Source: Eledone cirrhosa
Taxonomy: Eukaryota
Length of the DNA stretch: 64,000 nt
Direction of reading: 5' to 3'
NCBI GenBank assembly: GCA_964016885.1
Contig: OZ024745.1
Span: 8,246,001 to 8,310,000 of the forward strand
Positions within the stretch are counted from its first letter, which is position 1. Each line of letters begins with the position of its first letter. The translations under genes were made by a program, and so were the position numbers. The notes under the pieces are model-generated. The model saw only the letters and a list, made by a program, of their open reading frames with translations. It was not told the origin of the DNA and did no database searches. Below, piece by piece: positions 1 to 15,000 of the stretch.

Positions 1-3000
1 TGACTGGCTGAGTGTTATACTCGAGACACTTAAGCTTAGTGACAGGGTGAGTGTTATAGTCAAGACGCTTAATCTTAGTGACAGGCTGAGTTTTATAGTC
101 AAGACACTTAAGCTTAGTGACAGGCTGAGTGTTATAGTCAAGACTCTTAAGCTTAGTGACAGGCTTAGTGTTATAATCAAGAAAACGTAAGCTTAGTGAC
201 AGGCTGAGTGTTATACTCAAGACACTTAAGCTTAATAACAGGCTGAGTATTATAGTCAAGACACTTAAGCTTAGTGACAGGCTGAGTGTTATAGTCAAGA
301 CACTTAAGCTTAGTGACAAGCGTGGGTTATACTCAAGACACTTAAGTTAGTGACGGGCTGAGTGTTATAGTCAAGACACTTAAAGTTAGTGACAGGCTGA
401 GTGTTATAGTCACGACACTTAAGCCTAGTTACGGGCTGAGTGTTATAGTCAAGACACTTAAGGTTAGTGACAGGCTGAGTGTTATACTCAAGACACTTAA
501 GCTTAGTGACAGGCTGAGTGTTATAGTCAAGACACTTAAGCTTAGTGACAGGCTGAGTGTTATACTCAAGACACTTAAGCTTAGTGACAGGCTGGGTGTT
601 ATAGTCAAGACACTTAACCTTAGTAACAGGCTGAGTGTTATAATCAAGACACTTAAGCCTAGTGACAGGCTTAGTGTAATAGTCAAGAAAAGTAAATTTA
701 TAGATAAGATTGAGTGTTATACTCAAGACACTTAAGTTAGTGACGGGCTGAGTGTTATAGTAAAGACACTTAAGCTTAGTGACAGGCTGAGTATTATAGT
801 CAAGACACTTAAGCTTAGTGACAGGCTGAGTGTTATAGTCAAGAAACTTAAGTTTAGTGACAGGCTGAGTGTTATAGTCACGACACTTAAGCTTAGTGAC
901 AGGCTGAGTGTTATAGAAAAGACACTTAAGCCTAGTGACGGGCTGAGTGTTATAGTCAAGACACTTAAGCTTAGTGACAGTCTGAGTGTTATAGTCACGA
1001 CACTTAAGCCTAGTGACGGGCTGAGTGTTATAGTCAAGACACTTAAGGTTAGTGACAGGCTGAGTGTTATACTCAAGACACTTAAGCTTAGTGACAGGCT
1101 GAGTGTTTTACTCAAGACACTTAAGCTTAGTGACAGGCTGAGTATTGTAGTCAAGACACTTAAGCTTAGTGACGAGCTAAGTGTTATAGTCAAGACACTT
1201 AAGCTTAGTGACAGGCTTAGTGTTATAGTCAAGTCACTTAAGGTTAGTGACAGGCTGAGTGTTATACTTAAGACACTTAAGCTTAGTAACAGGCCTAGTG
1301 TTATAATCCAGAAAACTTAAGCTTAGTGACAGGCTGAGTGTTATACTCAAGACACTTAAGCTTAATGACAGGCTGAGTATTATAGTCAAGACACTTAAGC
1401 TTAGTGACAGGCTGAGTGTTATAGTCAAGACACTTAATCTTAGTGACAAGCTTAGGGTTATACTCATGACACTTAAGCTTAGTGACAGGCTGAGTATTAT
1501 AGTCAAGACACTTAAGCTTAGTGACAGGCTGAGTGTTATACTCAAGACACTTAAGCTTAGTGACAGGTTGAGTGTTATAGTCAAGACACTTAAGCTTAGT
1601 GACCGACTGAGTGTTATACTCAAAACACTTAAGCTCAGTGACAGGCTGTGTGTTATATTCAAGACACTTAAGCTTAATAACAGGCTGAGTGTTATAATCA
1701 AGACACTTAAGCCTAGTGACAGGCTTAGTGTAATTGTCAAGACACTTAAGCTTAGTGACAGGCTGAGTGTTATACTCAACACACTTAAGTTAGTGACGGG
1801 CTGAGTGTTATAGTCAAGAAACTTAAGTTTAGTGACAGGCTGAGTGTTATAGTCAAGACACTTAAGCTTAGTGACAGGCTGAGTGTTTTTAGTCACGACA
1901 CTTAAGCCTAGTGACGGGCTGAGTGTTATAGTCAAGACACTTAAGCTTAGTGACATGCTGAGTGTTATAGTCAAGACACTTAGGCTTAGTGACAGGCTTA
2001 GTGTTATAATCAAGAAAACGTAAGCTTAGTGACAGGCTGAGTGTTATACTCAAGACACTTAAGCTTAATGACAGGCTGAGTATTATAGTCAAGACACTTA
2101 AGCTTAGTGACAGGCTGAGTGTTATAGTCAAGACACTTAAGCTTAGTGACAAGCGTGGGTTATACTCAAGACACTTAAGCTTAGTGACAGGCTGAGTATT
2201 ATAATAAAGACACTTAAGCTTAGTGACAGGTTGAGTGTTATAGTCAAGACACTTAAGCTTATTGACAGGCTGAGTGTTATAGTCAAGACACTTTAGCCTA
2301 GAGACGGGCTCAGTGTTATAGTCAAGACACTTCAGCTTAGTGACAGGCTGTATGTTATAGTCAAGACTCTTAAGCTTAGTGAGAGACTGATTGTTATAAT
2401 CAAGACACTTCAGCTGACTGACAGACTGAGTGTTATATTAAAGACACTTAAGCTTAGTGACAGGCTGAGTGTTATACTCAAGACACTTAAGCTGAATGAC
2501 AGGCTGAGTATTATAGTCAAGACACTTAAGCTTAGTGACAGGCTGAGTGTTATAGTCAAGACACTTAAGCTTAGTGACAGGCTTAGTGTTATAGTCAAGA
2601 AAACGTAAGCATAGTGACAGGCTGAGTATTATAGTCAAGACACTTAAGCTTAGTGACAGGCTGAAAGTTATAGTCAAGACACTTAAGCTTAGTGACAGGT
2701 AGAGTATTAGAGACAAGACACTTAAGCTTAGTGACGGACTGAGTGTTATAATCAAATCACTTAAACTTAGTGACAGGCTGGGTGTTATAGTCAAGACACT
2801 TAAGCTTAGTAACAGGCTGAGTGTTATAATCAAGACACTTAAGCTTAGTGACAGGCTGAGTATTATAGTCAAGACACTTAAGCTTAGTGACGACCTGAGT
2901 GTTATAGTCAAGACACTTACGCTTAGTGACAGGCTTAGTGTTATAGTCAAGTCACTTAAGCTTAGTGACAGGCTGAGTGTTATAATCAAGAAACTTAAGC

Positions 3001-6000
3001 TTAGTTACAGGCTGAGTGTAATAGTCAAGACACTTAAGCTTAGTGACAGGCTGAGTGTTATAGTCAAGTCACTTAAGCTTAGTGACAGGCTGAGTGTTAT
3101 AGTCAAGACACTTAAGCTTAGTGACAGGCTGAGTGTTATTGTCAAGACACTTAAGCTTAGTGACAGGCTGGGTGTTATCGTCAAGACACTTAATCTTAGT
3201 GACAAGCTTTTGGTTATACTCAAGACACTTAAGCTTAGTGACAGGCTTAGTATTATAGTCAAGACACTTAAGCTTAGTGACAGGCTCAGTATTATATTCA
3301 ATACACTTAAGCTTAGTGACGGGCTGAGTGTTATAATCAAGTCACTTAAACTTAGTGACAGGCTGAGTGTTATACTCAAGACCATTAAGCTTAGTGACAG
3401 GCTGGGTGTTTTAGTCAAGACACTTAACCTTAGTAACAGGCTGAGTGTTATAATCAAGACACTTAAGCCTAGCGACAGGCTTAATGTGATAGTCAAGACA
3501 CTTAAGCTTAGTGACAGGGTGAGTGTTATACTCAAGACACTTAAGTTAGTGACGGGCTGAGTGTTATAGTCAAGACACTTAAGCTGACTGACAGACTGGG
3601 TGTTATAATCAAGACACTTAAGCCTAGTGACAGGCTTAGTGTAATACTCAAGACACTTAAGCTTAGTGACGTCTGAGTGTTATAGTCAAGACACTTTAGC
3701 TTAGTGACAGGCTGAGTGTTATAGTCAAGACACTTAAGCTTAGTGACAGGCTGAGTGTTATAATTAAGACACTTAAGCTTAGTGACAGGCTGAGTGTTAT
3801 ACTCAAGACACTTAAGCTTAGTGACAGGGTGAGTGTTATAGTCAAGACGCTTAATCTTAGTGACAGGCTGAGTTTTATAGTCAAGACACTTAAGCTTAGT
3901 GACAGGCTGAGTGTTATAGTCAAGACACTTAAGCTTAGTGACAAGCGTGGGTTATACTCAAGACACTTAAGCTTAGTGACAGGCTGAGTATTATAGTCAA
4001 GACACTTAAGCTTAGTGACAGGATTAGTGTTATAATCAAGAAAACGTAAGCTTAGTGACAGGCTGAGTGTTATACTCAAGACACTTAAGCTTAGTGACAG
4101 GCTGGGTGTTATAGTCAAGACACTTAACCTTAGTGACGACCTGAGTGTTATAGTCAAGACACTTACGCTTAGTGACAGGCTTAGTGTTATAGTCAAGTCA
4201 CTTAAGCTTAGTGACAGGCTGAGTGTTATAATCAAGAAAACTGAAGCTTAGTGACAGGCTGAGTGTTATACTCAAGACACTTAATCTTAGTTACAGGCTG
4301 AGTGTAATAGTCAAGACACTTAAGCTTAATGACAGGCTGAGTGCTATACTCAAGACACTTAAGCTTAGTGACGGGCTGAGTGTTATAGTCAAGACACTTA
4401 AGCTTAGTGACAGGCTGAGTGTTATAGTCAAGTTACTTAAGCTTAGTGACAGGCTGAGTGTTATAGTCAAGACACTTAAGCTTAGTGACAGGCTGGGTGT
4501 TATAGTCAAGACACTTAATCTTAGTGACAAGTTTTTGGTTATACTCAAGACACTTAAGCTTAGTGACAGGCTGAGTATTATAGTCAAGACACTTAAGATT
4601 AGTGACAGGCTGAGTGTTATACTCAAGACACTTAAGCTTAGTGACAGGCTGAGTATTATATTCAAGACACTTAAGCTTTGTGACGGGCTGAGTGTTATAA
4701 TCAAGTCACTTAAACTTAGTGACAGGCTGAGTGTTATACTCAAGTCCATTAAGCTTAGTGACAGGCTGGGTGTTATAGTCAAGACACTTAAGCTTAGTAA
4801 CAGGCTGAGTGTTATAATCAAGACACTTAAGCCTAGTGACAGGCTTAACGTAATAGTCAAGACACTTAAGCTTAGTGACAGGGTGAGTGTTATACTCAAG
4901 ACACTTAAGTTATTGACGGGCTGAGTGTTATAGTCAAGACACTTAAGCTTAGTGACAGACTAAGTGTTATAGTCAAGACACTTAAGCTGACTGACAGACT
5001 GGGTGTTATAATGAAGACACTTAAGCCTAGTGACAGGCTTAGTGTAATACTCAAGACACTTAAGCTTAGTGACGTCTGAGTGTTATAGTCAAGACACTTA
5101 ATCTTAGTGACACGCTGAGTGTTATAGTCAAGACACTTAAGCTTAGTGACAGGCTGAGTGTTATAGTCAAGACTCTTAAGCTTAGTGAGAGACTGATTGT
5201 TATAATCAAGACACTTAAGTTAAGTGACAGGCTGAGTGTTGTAGGCAAGACACTTAAGCTTAGTGAGAGACTGATTATTATAATCAAGACACTTAAACTG
5301 ACTGACAGACTGAGTGTTATAGAAAAGACACTTAAGCTTAGTGACAGGCTGAGTGTTATACTCAAGACACTTAAGCTTAGTGACAGGGTGAGTGTTATAG
5401 TCAAGACACTTAATCTTAGTGACAGGCTGAGTGTTATAGTCAAGACACTTAAGCTTAGTGACAGGCTGAGTGTTATAGTCAAGACTCTTAAGCTTAGTGA
5501 GAGACTGATTGTTATAATCAAGACACTTAAGTTAAGTGACAGGCTGAGTGTTGTAGTCAAGACACTTAAGCTTAGTGACGGGCTGAGTGTTATAGTCAAG
5601 ACACTTAAGCTTAGTGACAGGCTGAGTGTTATAGTCAAGACACTTAATCTTAGTGAGAGACTGATTATTATAATCAAGACACTTAAACTGACTGACAGAC
5701 TGAGTGTTATAGAAAAGACACTTAAGCTTAGTGACAGGCTGAGTGTTATACTCAAGACACTTAAGCTTAGTGACAGGGTGAGTGTTATAGTCAAGACACT
5801 TAATCTTAGTGACAGGCTGAGTGATATAGTCAAGACACTTAAGCTTAGTGACAGGCTGAGTGTTATTGTCAAGACACTTAATCTTAGTGACAAGCTTATG
5901 GTTATACTCAAGACACTTAAGGTTAGTGACAGGCTGAGTATTATAGTCAAGACACTTAAGCTTAGTGACAGGCTGAGTGTTATACTCAAGACACTTAACT

Positions 6001-9000
6001 TAGTGACAGGCTGAGTATTATATTCAAGACACTTAAGCTTAGTGACGGGCTGAGTGTTATAGTCAAGACACTTAAGCTTAGTGACAGGCTGAGTGTTATA
6101 GTCAAGACACTTTAGTTTAGTGACAGGCTGAGTGTTATAGTCAAGACACTTAAGCCTAGTGACGGGCTGAGTGTTATAGTCAAGACACTTAAGCTTAGTG
6201 ACAGGCTGTGTTATAGTCAAGACTCTTAAGCTTAATGAGAGACTGATTGTTATAATCAAGACACTTAAGCTGACTGACAGACTGAGTGTTATAGTAAAGA
6301 CACTTAAGCTTAGTGACAGGCTGGGTGTTATACTCAAGACACTTAAGCTTAGTGACAGGCTGGGTGTTATAGTCAAGACACTTATGCTTAGTAACAGGCT
6401 GAGTGTTATAGTCAAGACACTTACGCTTAGTGACAGGCTTAGTGTTATAGTCAAGTCACTTAAGCTTAGTGACAGGCTGAGCGTTATAGTCAAGACACTT
6501 AAGCTTAGTGACAGGCTGAGTGTTATACTCAAGACACTTAAGCATAGTGACAGGCTGAGTGTAATAGTCAAGACACTTAAGCTTAGTGACAGGCTGAGTG
6601 CTATACTCAAGACACTTAAGCTTAGTGACGGGCTGAGTGTTATAGTCAAGACACTTAAGCTTAGTGTCAGGCTGAGTGTTATAGTCAAGTCACTTAAGCT
6701 TAGTGACAGGCTGAGTGTTATAGTGAAGACACTTAAGCTTAGTGACAGGCTGAGTGTTATAGTCAAGACACTTAAGCTTAGTGACAGGCTGAGTGTTATA
6801 ATCAAGACACTTAATCTTAGTGACAAGCTTTTGGTTATACTCAAGACACTTAACCTTAGAGACAGGCTGAATATTATAGTCAAGACACTTAAGCTTAGTG
6901 ACGGGCTGAGTGTTATACTCAAGACACTTAAGCTTAGTGACAGGCTGTGTATTATATTCAAGACACTTAAGCTTAGTGACGGGCTGAGTGTTATAATCAA
7001 GTCACTTAAACTTAGTGACAGGCTGAGTGTTATACTCAAGACACTTAAGCTTAGTGACAGGCTGAGTGTTATAATCAAGACACTTAAGCCTAGTGACAGG
7101 CTTAGTGTAATAGTCAAGACACCTAAGCTTAGTGACAGGCTGAGTGTTATACTCAAGACACTTAAGTTAGTGACGGGCTGAGTGTTATATTCAAGACACT
7201 TAAGCTTAGTGACAGACTAAGTGTTATAGTCGAGACACTTAAGCATAGTGACAGGCTGAGTGTTATAATCAAGACACTTAAGCTGACTGATAGACTGAGT
7301 GTTATAGTAAAGACACTTAAGCTTAGTGACAGGCTGAGTGTTATACTCAAGACACTTAAGCTTAGTGACAGGCTGAGTGTTATAATCAAGACACTTAAGC
7401 CTAGTGACAGGCTTAGTGTAATACTCAAGACACTTAAGCTTAGTGACGGGCTGAGTGTTATAGTCAAGACACTTAAGCTTAGTGACAGGCTGAGTGTTAT
7501 AATCAAGACTCTTAAGCTTAGTGAGAGACTGATTGTTATAATCAAGACACTTAAGCTGACTGACAGACTGAGGGTTATAGTAAAGACACACAAGCTTAGT
7601 GACAGGCTGAGTGTTATACTCAAGACACTTAAGCTTAGTGACAGGCTGGGTGTTATAGTCAAGACACTTATGCTTAGTAACAGGCGGAGTGTTATAGTCA
7701 AGACACTTACGCTTAGTGACAGGCTTAGTATTATAGTCAAGTCACTTAAGCTTAGTGACAGGCTGGGCGTTATAGTCTAGACACTTAAGCTTAGTGACAG
7801 GCTTAGTGTTATAATCAAGAAAACTTAAGCTTAGTGACAGGCTGAGTGTTATACTCAAGACACTTAAGCATAGTGACAGGCTGAGTGTAATAGTCAAGAC
7901 ACTTATGCTTAGTGACAGCATGAGTGCTATACTCAAGACACTTAAGCTTAGTGACGGGCTGAGTGTTATAGTCAAGACACTTAAGCTTAGTGACAGGCTG
8001 AGTGTTATAGTCAAGTCACTTAAGCTTAGTGACAGGCTGAGTGTTATTGTCAAGACACTTAAGCTTAGTGACAGGCTGAGTGTTATAGTCAAGACACTTA
8101 ATCTTAGTGACAAGCTTTTGGTTATAATCAAGACACTTAAGATTAGAGACAGGCTGAATATTATAGTCAAGACACTTAAGCTTAGTGACGGGCTGAGTGT
8201 TATACTCAAGACACTTAAGCTTAGTGACAGGCTGTGTATTATATTCAAGACACTTAAGCTGAGTGACGGGCTGAGTGTTATAATCAAGTCAGTTAAACTT
8301 AGTGACAGGCTGAGTGTTATACTCAAGACACTTAAGCTTAGTGACAGGCTGAGTGTTATAATCAAGACACTTAAGCCTAGTGACAGGCTGAGTGTTATAA
8401 TCAAGACACTTAAGCCTAGTGACAGGCTTATTGTAATAGTCAAGACACTTAAGCTTAGTGACAGGCTGAGTGTTATTCTCAAGACACTTAAGTTAGTGAC
8501 GGGCTGAGTGTTATAGTCAAGACACTTAAGCTTAGTGACAGACTAAGTGTTATAGTCAAGACACTTAAGCTGACTGACAGACTGGGTGTTATAATCAAGA
8601 CACTTAAGCCTAGTGACAGGCTTCGTGTAATACTCAAGACACTTAAGCTTAGTGACGTCTGAGTGTTATAGTCAAGACACTTAATCTTAGTGACAGGCTG
8701 AGTGTTATAGTCAAGACACTTAAGCTTAGTGACAGGCTGAGTGTTATAGTCAAGACTCTTAAGCTTAGTGAGAGACTGATTGTTATAATCAAGACACTTA
8801 AGTTAAGTGACAGGCTGAGTGTTGTAGGCAAGACACTTAAGCTTAGTGACGGGCTGGGTGTTATAGTCAAGACACTTAAGCTTAGTGACAGGCTGAGTGT
8901 TATAGTCAAGACACTTAAGCTTAGTGAGAGACTGATTATTATAATCAAGACACTTAAACTGACTGACAGACTGAGTGTTATAGAAAAGACACTTAAGCTT

Positions 9001-12000
9001 AGTGACAGGCTGAGTGTTATACTCAAGACACTTAAGCTTAGTGACAGGGTGAGTGTTATAGTCAAGACACTTAATCTTAGTGACAGGCTGAGTGTTATAG
9101 TCAAGACACTTAAGCTTAGTGACAGGCTGAGTGTTATAGTCAAGACTCTTAAGCTTAGTGAGAGACTGATTGTTATAATCAAGACACTTAAGTTAAGTGA
9201 CAGGCTGAGTGTTGTAGTCAAGACACTTAAGCTTAGTGACGGGCTGAGTGTTATAGTCAAGACACTTAAGCTTAGTGACAGGCTGAGTGTTATAGTCAAG
9301 ACACTTAAGCTTAGTGAGAGACTGATTATTATAATCAAGACACTTAAACTGACTGACAGACTGAGTGTTATAGAAAAGACACTTAAGCTTAGTGACAGGC
9401 TGAGTGTTATACTCAAGACACTTAAGCTTAGTGACAGGGTGAGTGTTATAGTCATGACACTTAATCTTAGTGACAGGCTGAGTGATATAGTCAAGACACT
9501 TAAGCTTAGTGACAGGCTGAGTGTTATTGTCAAGACACTTAATCTTAGTGACAAGCTTATGGTTATACTCAAGACACTTAAGGTTAGTGACAGGCTGAGT
9601 ATTATAGTCAAGACACTTAAGCTTAGTGACAGGCTGAATGTTATACTCAAGACACTTAACTTAGTGACAGGCTGAGTATTATATTCAAGACAGTTAAGCT
9701 TAGTGACGGGCTGAGTGTTATAGTCAAGACACTTAAGCTTAGTGACAGGCTGAGTGTTATAGTCAAGACACTTTAGTTTAGTGACAGGCTGAGTGTTATA
9801 GTCAAGACACTTAAGCCTAGTGACGGGCTGAGTGTTATAGTCAAGACACTTAAGCTTAGTGACAGGCTGTGTTATAGTCAAGACTCTTAAGCTTAATGAG
9901 AGACTGATTGTTATAATCAAGACCCTTAAGCTGACTGACAGACTGAGTGTTATAGTAAAGACACTTAAGCTTAGTGACAGGCTGAGTGTTATACTCAAGA
10001 CACTTAAGCTTAGTGACAGGCTGGGTGTTATAGTCAAGACACTTATGCTTAGTAACAGGCTGAGTGTTATAGTCAAGACACTTACGCTTAGTGACAGGCT
10101 TAGTGTTATAGTCAAGTCACTTAAGCTTAGTGACAGGCTGAGCGTTATAGTCAAGACACTTAAGCCTAGTGACAGGCTTAGTGTTATAATCAAGAAAACT
10201 TAAGCTTAGTGACAGGCTGAGTGTTATACTCAAGACACTTAAGCATAGTGAAAGGCTGAGTGTAATAGTCAAGACACTTAAGCTTAGTGACAGGCTGAGT
10301 GCTATACTCAAGACACTTAAGCTTAGTGATGGGCTGAGTGTTATAGTCAAGACACTTAAGCTTAGTGTCAGGCTGAGTGTTATAGTCAAGTCACTTAAGC
10401 TTAGTGACAGGCTGAGTGTTATAGTGAAGACACTTAAGCTTAGTGACAGGCTGAGTGTTATAGTCAAGACACTTAAGCTTAGTGACAGGCTGAGTGTTAT
10501 AATCAAGACACTTAATCTTAGTGACAAGCTTTTGGTTATACTCAAGACACTTAACCTTAGAGACAGGCTGAATATTATAGTCAAGACACTTAAGCTTAGT
10601 GACGGGCTGAGTGTTATACTCAAGACACTTAAGCTTAGTGACAGGCTGTGTATTATATTCAAGACACTTAAGCTTAGTGACGGGCTGAGTGTTATAATCA
10701 AGTCACTTAAACTTAGTGACAGGCTGAGTGTTATACTCAAGACACTTAAACTTAGTGACAGGCTGAGTGTTATAATCAAGACACTTAAGCCTAGTGACAG
10801 GCTTAGTGTAATAGTCAAGACACCTAAGCTTAGTGACAGGCTGAGTGTTATACTCAAGACACTTAAGTTAGTGACGGGCTGAGTGTTATATTCAAGACAC
10901 TTAAGCTTAGTGACAGACTAAGTGTTATAGTCAAGACACTTAAGCATAGTGACAGGCTGAGTGTTATAGTCAAGACACTTAATCTTAGTGAGAGACTGAT
11001 TATTATAATCAAGACACTTAAACTGACTGACAGACTGAGTGTTATAGAAAAGACACTTAAGCTTAGTGACAGGCTGAGTGTTATACTCAAGACACTTAAG
11101 CTTAGTGACAGGGTGAGTGTTATAGTCAAGACACTTAATCTTAGTGACAGGCTGAGTGATATAGTCAAGACACTTAAGCTTAGTGACAGGCTGAGTGTTA
11201 TTGTCAAGACACTTAATCTTAGTGACAAGCTTATGGTTATACTCAAGACACTTAAGGTTAGTGACAGGCTGAGTATTATAGTCAAGACACTTAAGCTTAG
11301 TGACAGGCTGAGTGTTATACTCAAGACACTTAACTTAGTGACAGGCTGAGTATTATATTCAAGACACTTAAGCTTAGTGACGGGCTGAGTGTTATAGTCA
11401 AGACACTTAAGCTTAGTGACAGGCTGAGTGTTATAGTCAAGACACTTTAGTTTAGTGACAGGCTGAGTGTTATAGTCAAGACACTTAAGCCTAGTGACGG
11501 GCTGAGTGTTATAGTCAAGACACTTAAGCTTAGTGACAGGCTGTGTTATAGTCAAGACTCTTAAGCTTAATGAGAGACTGATTGTTATAATCAAGACACT
11601 TAAGCTGACTGACAGACTGAGTGTTATAGTAAAGACACTTAAGCTTAGTGACAGGCTGGGTGTTATACTCAAGACACTTAAGCTTAGTGACAGGCTGGGT
11701 GTTATAGTCAAGACACTTATGCTTAGTAACAGGCTGAGTGTTATAGTCAAGACACTTACGCTTAGTGACAGGCTTAGTGTTATAGTCAAGTCACTTAAGC
11801 TTAGTGACAGGCTGAGCGTTATAGTCAAGACACTTAAGCTTAGTGACAGGCTGAGTGTTATACTCAAGACACTTAAGCATAGTGACAGGCTGAGTGTAAT
11901 AGTCAAGACACTTAAGCTTAGTGACAGGCTGAGTGCTATACTCAAGACACTTAAGCTTAGTGACGGGCTGAGTGTTATAGTCAAGACACTTAAGCTTAGT

Positions 12001-15000
12001 GTCAGGCTGAGTGTTATAGTCAAGTCACTTAAGCTTAGTGACAGGCTGAGTGTTATAGTGAAGACACTTAACCTTAGAGACAGGCTGAATATTATAGTCA
12101 AGACACTTAAGCTTAGTGACGGGCTGAGTGTTATACTCAAGACACTTAAGCTTAGTGACAGGCTGTGTATTATATTCAAGACACTTAAGCTTAGTGACGG
12201 GCTGAGTGTTATAATCAAGTCACTTAAACTTAGTGACAGGCTGAGTGTTATACTCAAGACACTTAAGCTTAGTGACAGGCTGAGTGTTATAATCAAGACA
12301 CTTAAGCCTAGTGACAGGCTTAGTGTAATAGTCAAGACACCTAAGCTTAGTGACAGGCTGAGTGTTATACTCAAGACACTTAAGTTAGTGACGGGCTGAG
12401 TGTTATATTCAAGACACTTAAGCTTAGTGACAGACTAAGTGTTATAGTCGAGACACTTAAGCATAGTGACAGGCTGAGTGTTATAATCAAGACACTTAAG
12501 CTGACTGATAGACTGAGTGTTATAGTAAAGACACTTAAGCTTAGTGACAGGCTGAGTGTTATACTCAAGACACTTAAGCTTAGTGACAGGCTGAGTGTTA
12601 TAATCAAGACACTTAAGCCTAGTGACAGGCTTAGTGTAATACTCAAGACACTTAAGCTTAGTGACGGGCTGAGTGTTATAGTCAAGACACTTAAGCTTAG
12701 TGACAGGCTGAGTGTTATAATCAAGACTCTTAAGCTTAGTGAGAGACTGATTGTTATAATCAAGACACTTAAGCTGACTGACAGACTGAGGGTTATAGTA
12801 AAGACACACAAGCTTAGTGACAGGCTGAGTGTTATACTCAAGACACTTAAGCTTAGTGACAGGCTGGGTGTTATAGTCAAGACACTTATGCTTAGTAACA
12901 GGCGGAGTGTTATAGTCAAGACACTTACGCTTAGTGACAGGCTTAGTATTATAGTCAAGTCACTTAAGCTTAGTGACAGGCTGGGCGTTATAGTCTAGAC
13001 ACTTAAGCTTAGTGACAGGCTTAGTGTTATAATCAAGAAAACTTAAGCTTAGTGACAGGCTGAGTGTTATACTCAAGACACTTAAGCATAGTGACAGGCT
13101 GAGTGTAATAGTCAAGACACTTATGCTTAGTGACAGGATGAGTGCTATACTCAAGACACTTAAGCTTAGTGACGGGCTGAGTGTTATAGTCAAGACACTT
13201 AAGCTTAGTGACAGGCTGAGTGTTATAGTCAAGTCACTTAAGCTTAGTGACAGGCTGAGTGTTATTGTCAAGACACTTAAGCTTAGTGACAGGCTGAGTG
13301 TTATAGTCAAGACACTTAATCTTAGTGACAAGCTTTTGGTTATAATCAAGACACTTAAGATTAGAGACAGGCTGAATATTATAGTCAAGACACTTAAGCT
13401 TAGTGACGGGCTGAGTGTTATACTCAAGACACTTAAGCTTAGTGACAGGCTGTGTATTATATTCAAGACACTTAAGCTGAGTGACGGGCTGAGTGTTATA
13501 ATCAAGTCAGTTAAACTTAGTGACAGGCTGAGTGTTATACTCAAGACACTTAAGCTTAGTGACAGGCTGAGTGTTATAATCAAGACACTTAAGCCTAGTG
13601 ACAGGCTGAGTGTTATAATCAAGACACTTAAGCCTAGTGACAGGCTTATTGTAATAGTCAAGACACTTAAGCTTAGTGACAGGCTGAGTGTTATACTCAA
13701 GACACTTAAGTTAGTGACGGGCTGAGTGTTATAGTCAAGACACTTAAGCTTAGTGACAGACTAAGTGTTATAGTCAAGACACTTAAGCTGACTGACAGAC
13801 TGGGTGTTATAATCAAGACACTTAAGCCTAGTGACAGGCTTCGTGTAATACTCAAGACACTTAAGCTTAGTGACGTCTGAGTGTTATAGTCAAGACACTT
13901 AATCTTAGTGACAGGCTGAGTGTTATAGTCAAGACACTTAAGCTTAGTGACAGGCTGAGTGTTATAGTCAAGACTCTTAAGCTTAGTGAGAGACTGATTG
14001 TTATAATCAAGACACTTAAGTTAAGTGACAGGCTGAGTGTTGTAGGCAAGACACTTAAGCTTAGTGACGGGCTGAGTGTTATAGTCAAGACACTTAAGCT
14101 TAGTGACAGGCTGAGTGTTATAGTCAAGACATTTAAGCTTAGTGAGAGACTGATTATTATAATCAAGACACTTAAACTGACTGACAGACTGAGTGTTATA
14201 GAAAAGACACTTAAGCTTAGTGACAGGCTGAGTGTTATACTCAAGACACTTAAGCTTAGTGACAGGGTGAGTGTTATAGTCAAGACACTTAATCTTAGTG
14301 ACAGGCTGAGTGTTATAGTCAAGACACTTAAGCTTAGTGACAGGCTGAGTGTTATAGTCAAGACTCTTAAGCTTAGTGAGAGACTGATTGTTATAATCAA
14401 GACACTTAAGTTAAGTGACAGGCTGAGTGTTGTAGTCAAGACACTTAAGCTTAGTGACGGGCTGAGTGTTATAGTCAAGACACTTAAGCTTAGTGACAGG
14501 CTGAGTGTTATAGTCAAGACACTTAAGCTTAGTGAGAGACTGATTATTATAATCAAGACACTTAAACTGACTGACAGACTGAGTGTTATAGAAAAGACAC
14601 TTAAGCTTAGTGACAGGCTGAGTGTTATACTCAAGACACTTAAGCTTAGTGACAGGGTGAGTGTTATAGTCATGACACTTAATCTTAGTGACAGGCTGAG
14701 TGATATAGTCAAGACACTTAAGCTTAGTGACAGGCTGAGTGTTATTGTCAAGACACTTAATCTTAGTGACAAGCTTATGGTTATACTCAAGACACTTAAG
14801 GTTAGTGACAGGCTGAGTATTATAGTCAAGACACTTAAGCTTAGTGACAGGCTGAGTGTTATACTCAAGACACTTAACTTAGTGACAGGCTGAGTATTAT
14901 ATTCAAGACAGTTAAGCTTAGTGACGGGCTGAGTGTTATAGTCAAGACACTTAAGCTTAGTGACAGGCTGAGTGTTATAGTCAAGACACTTTAGTTTAGT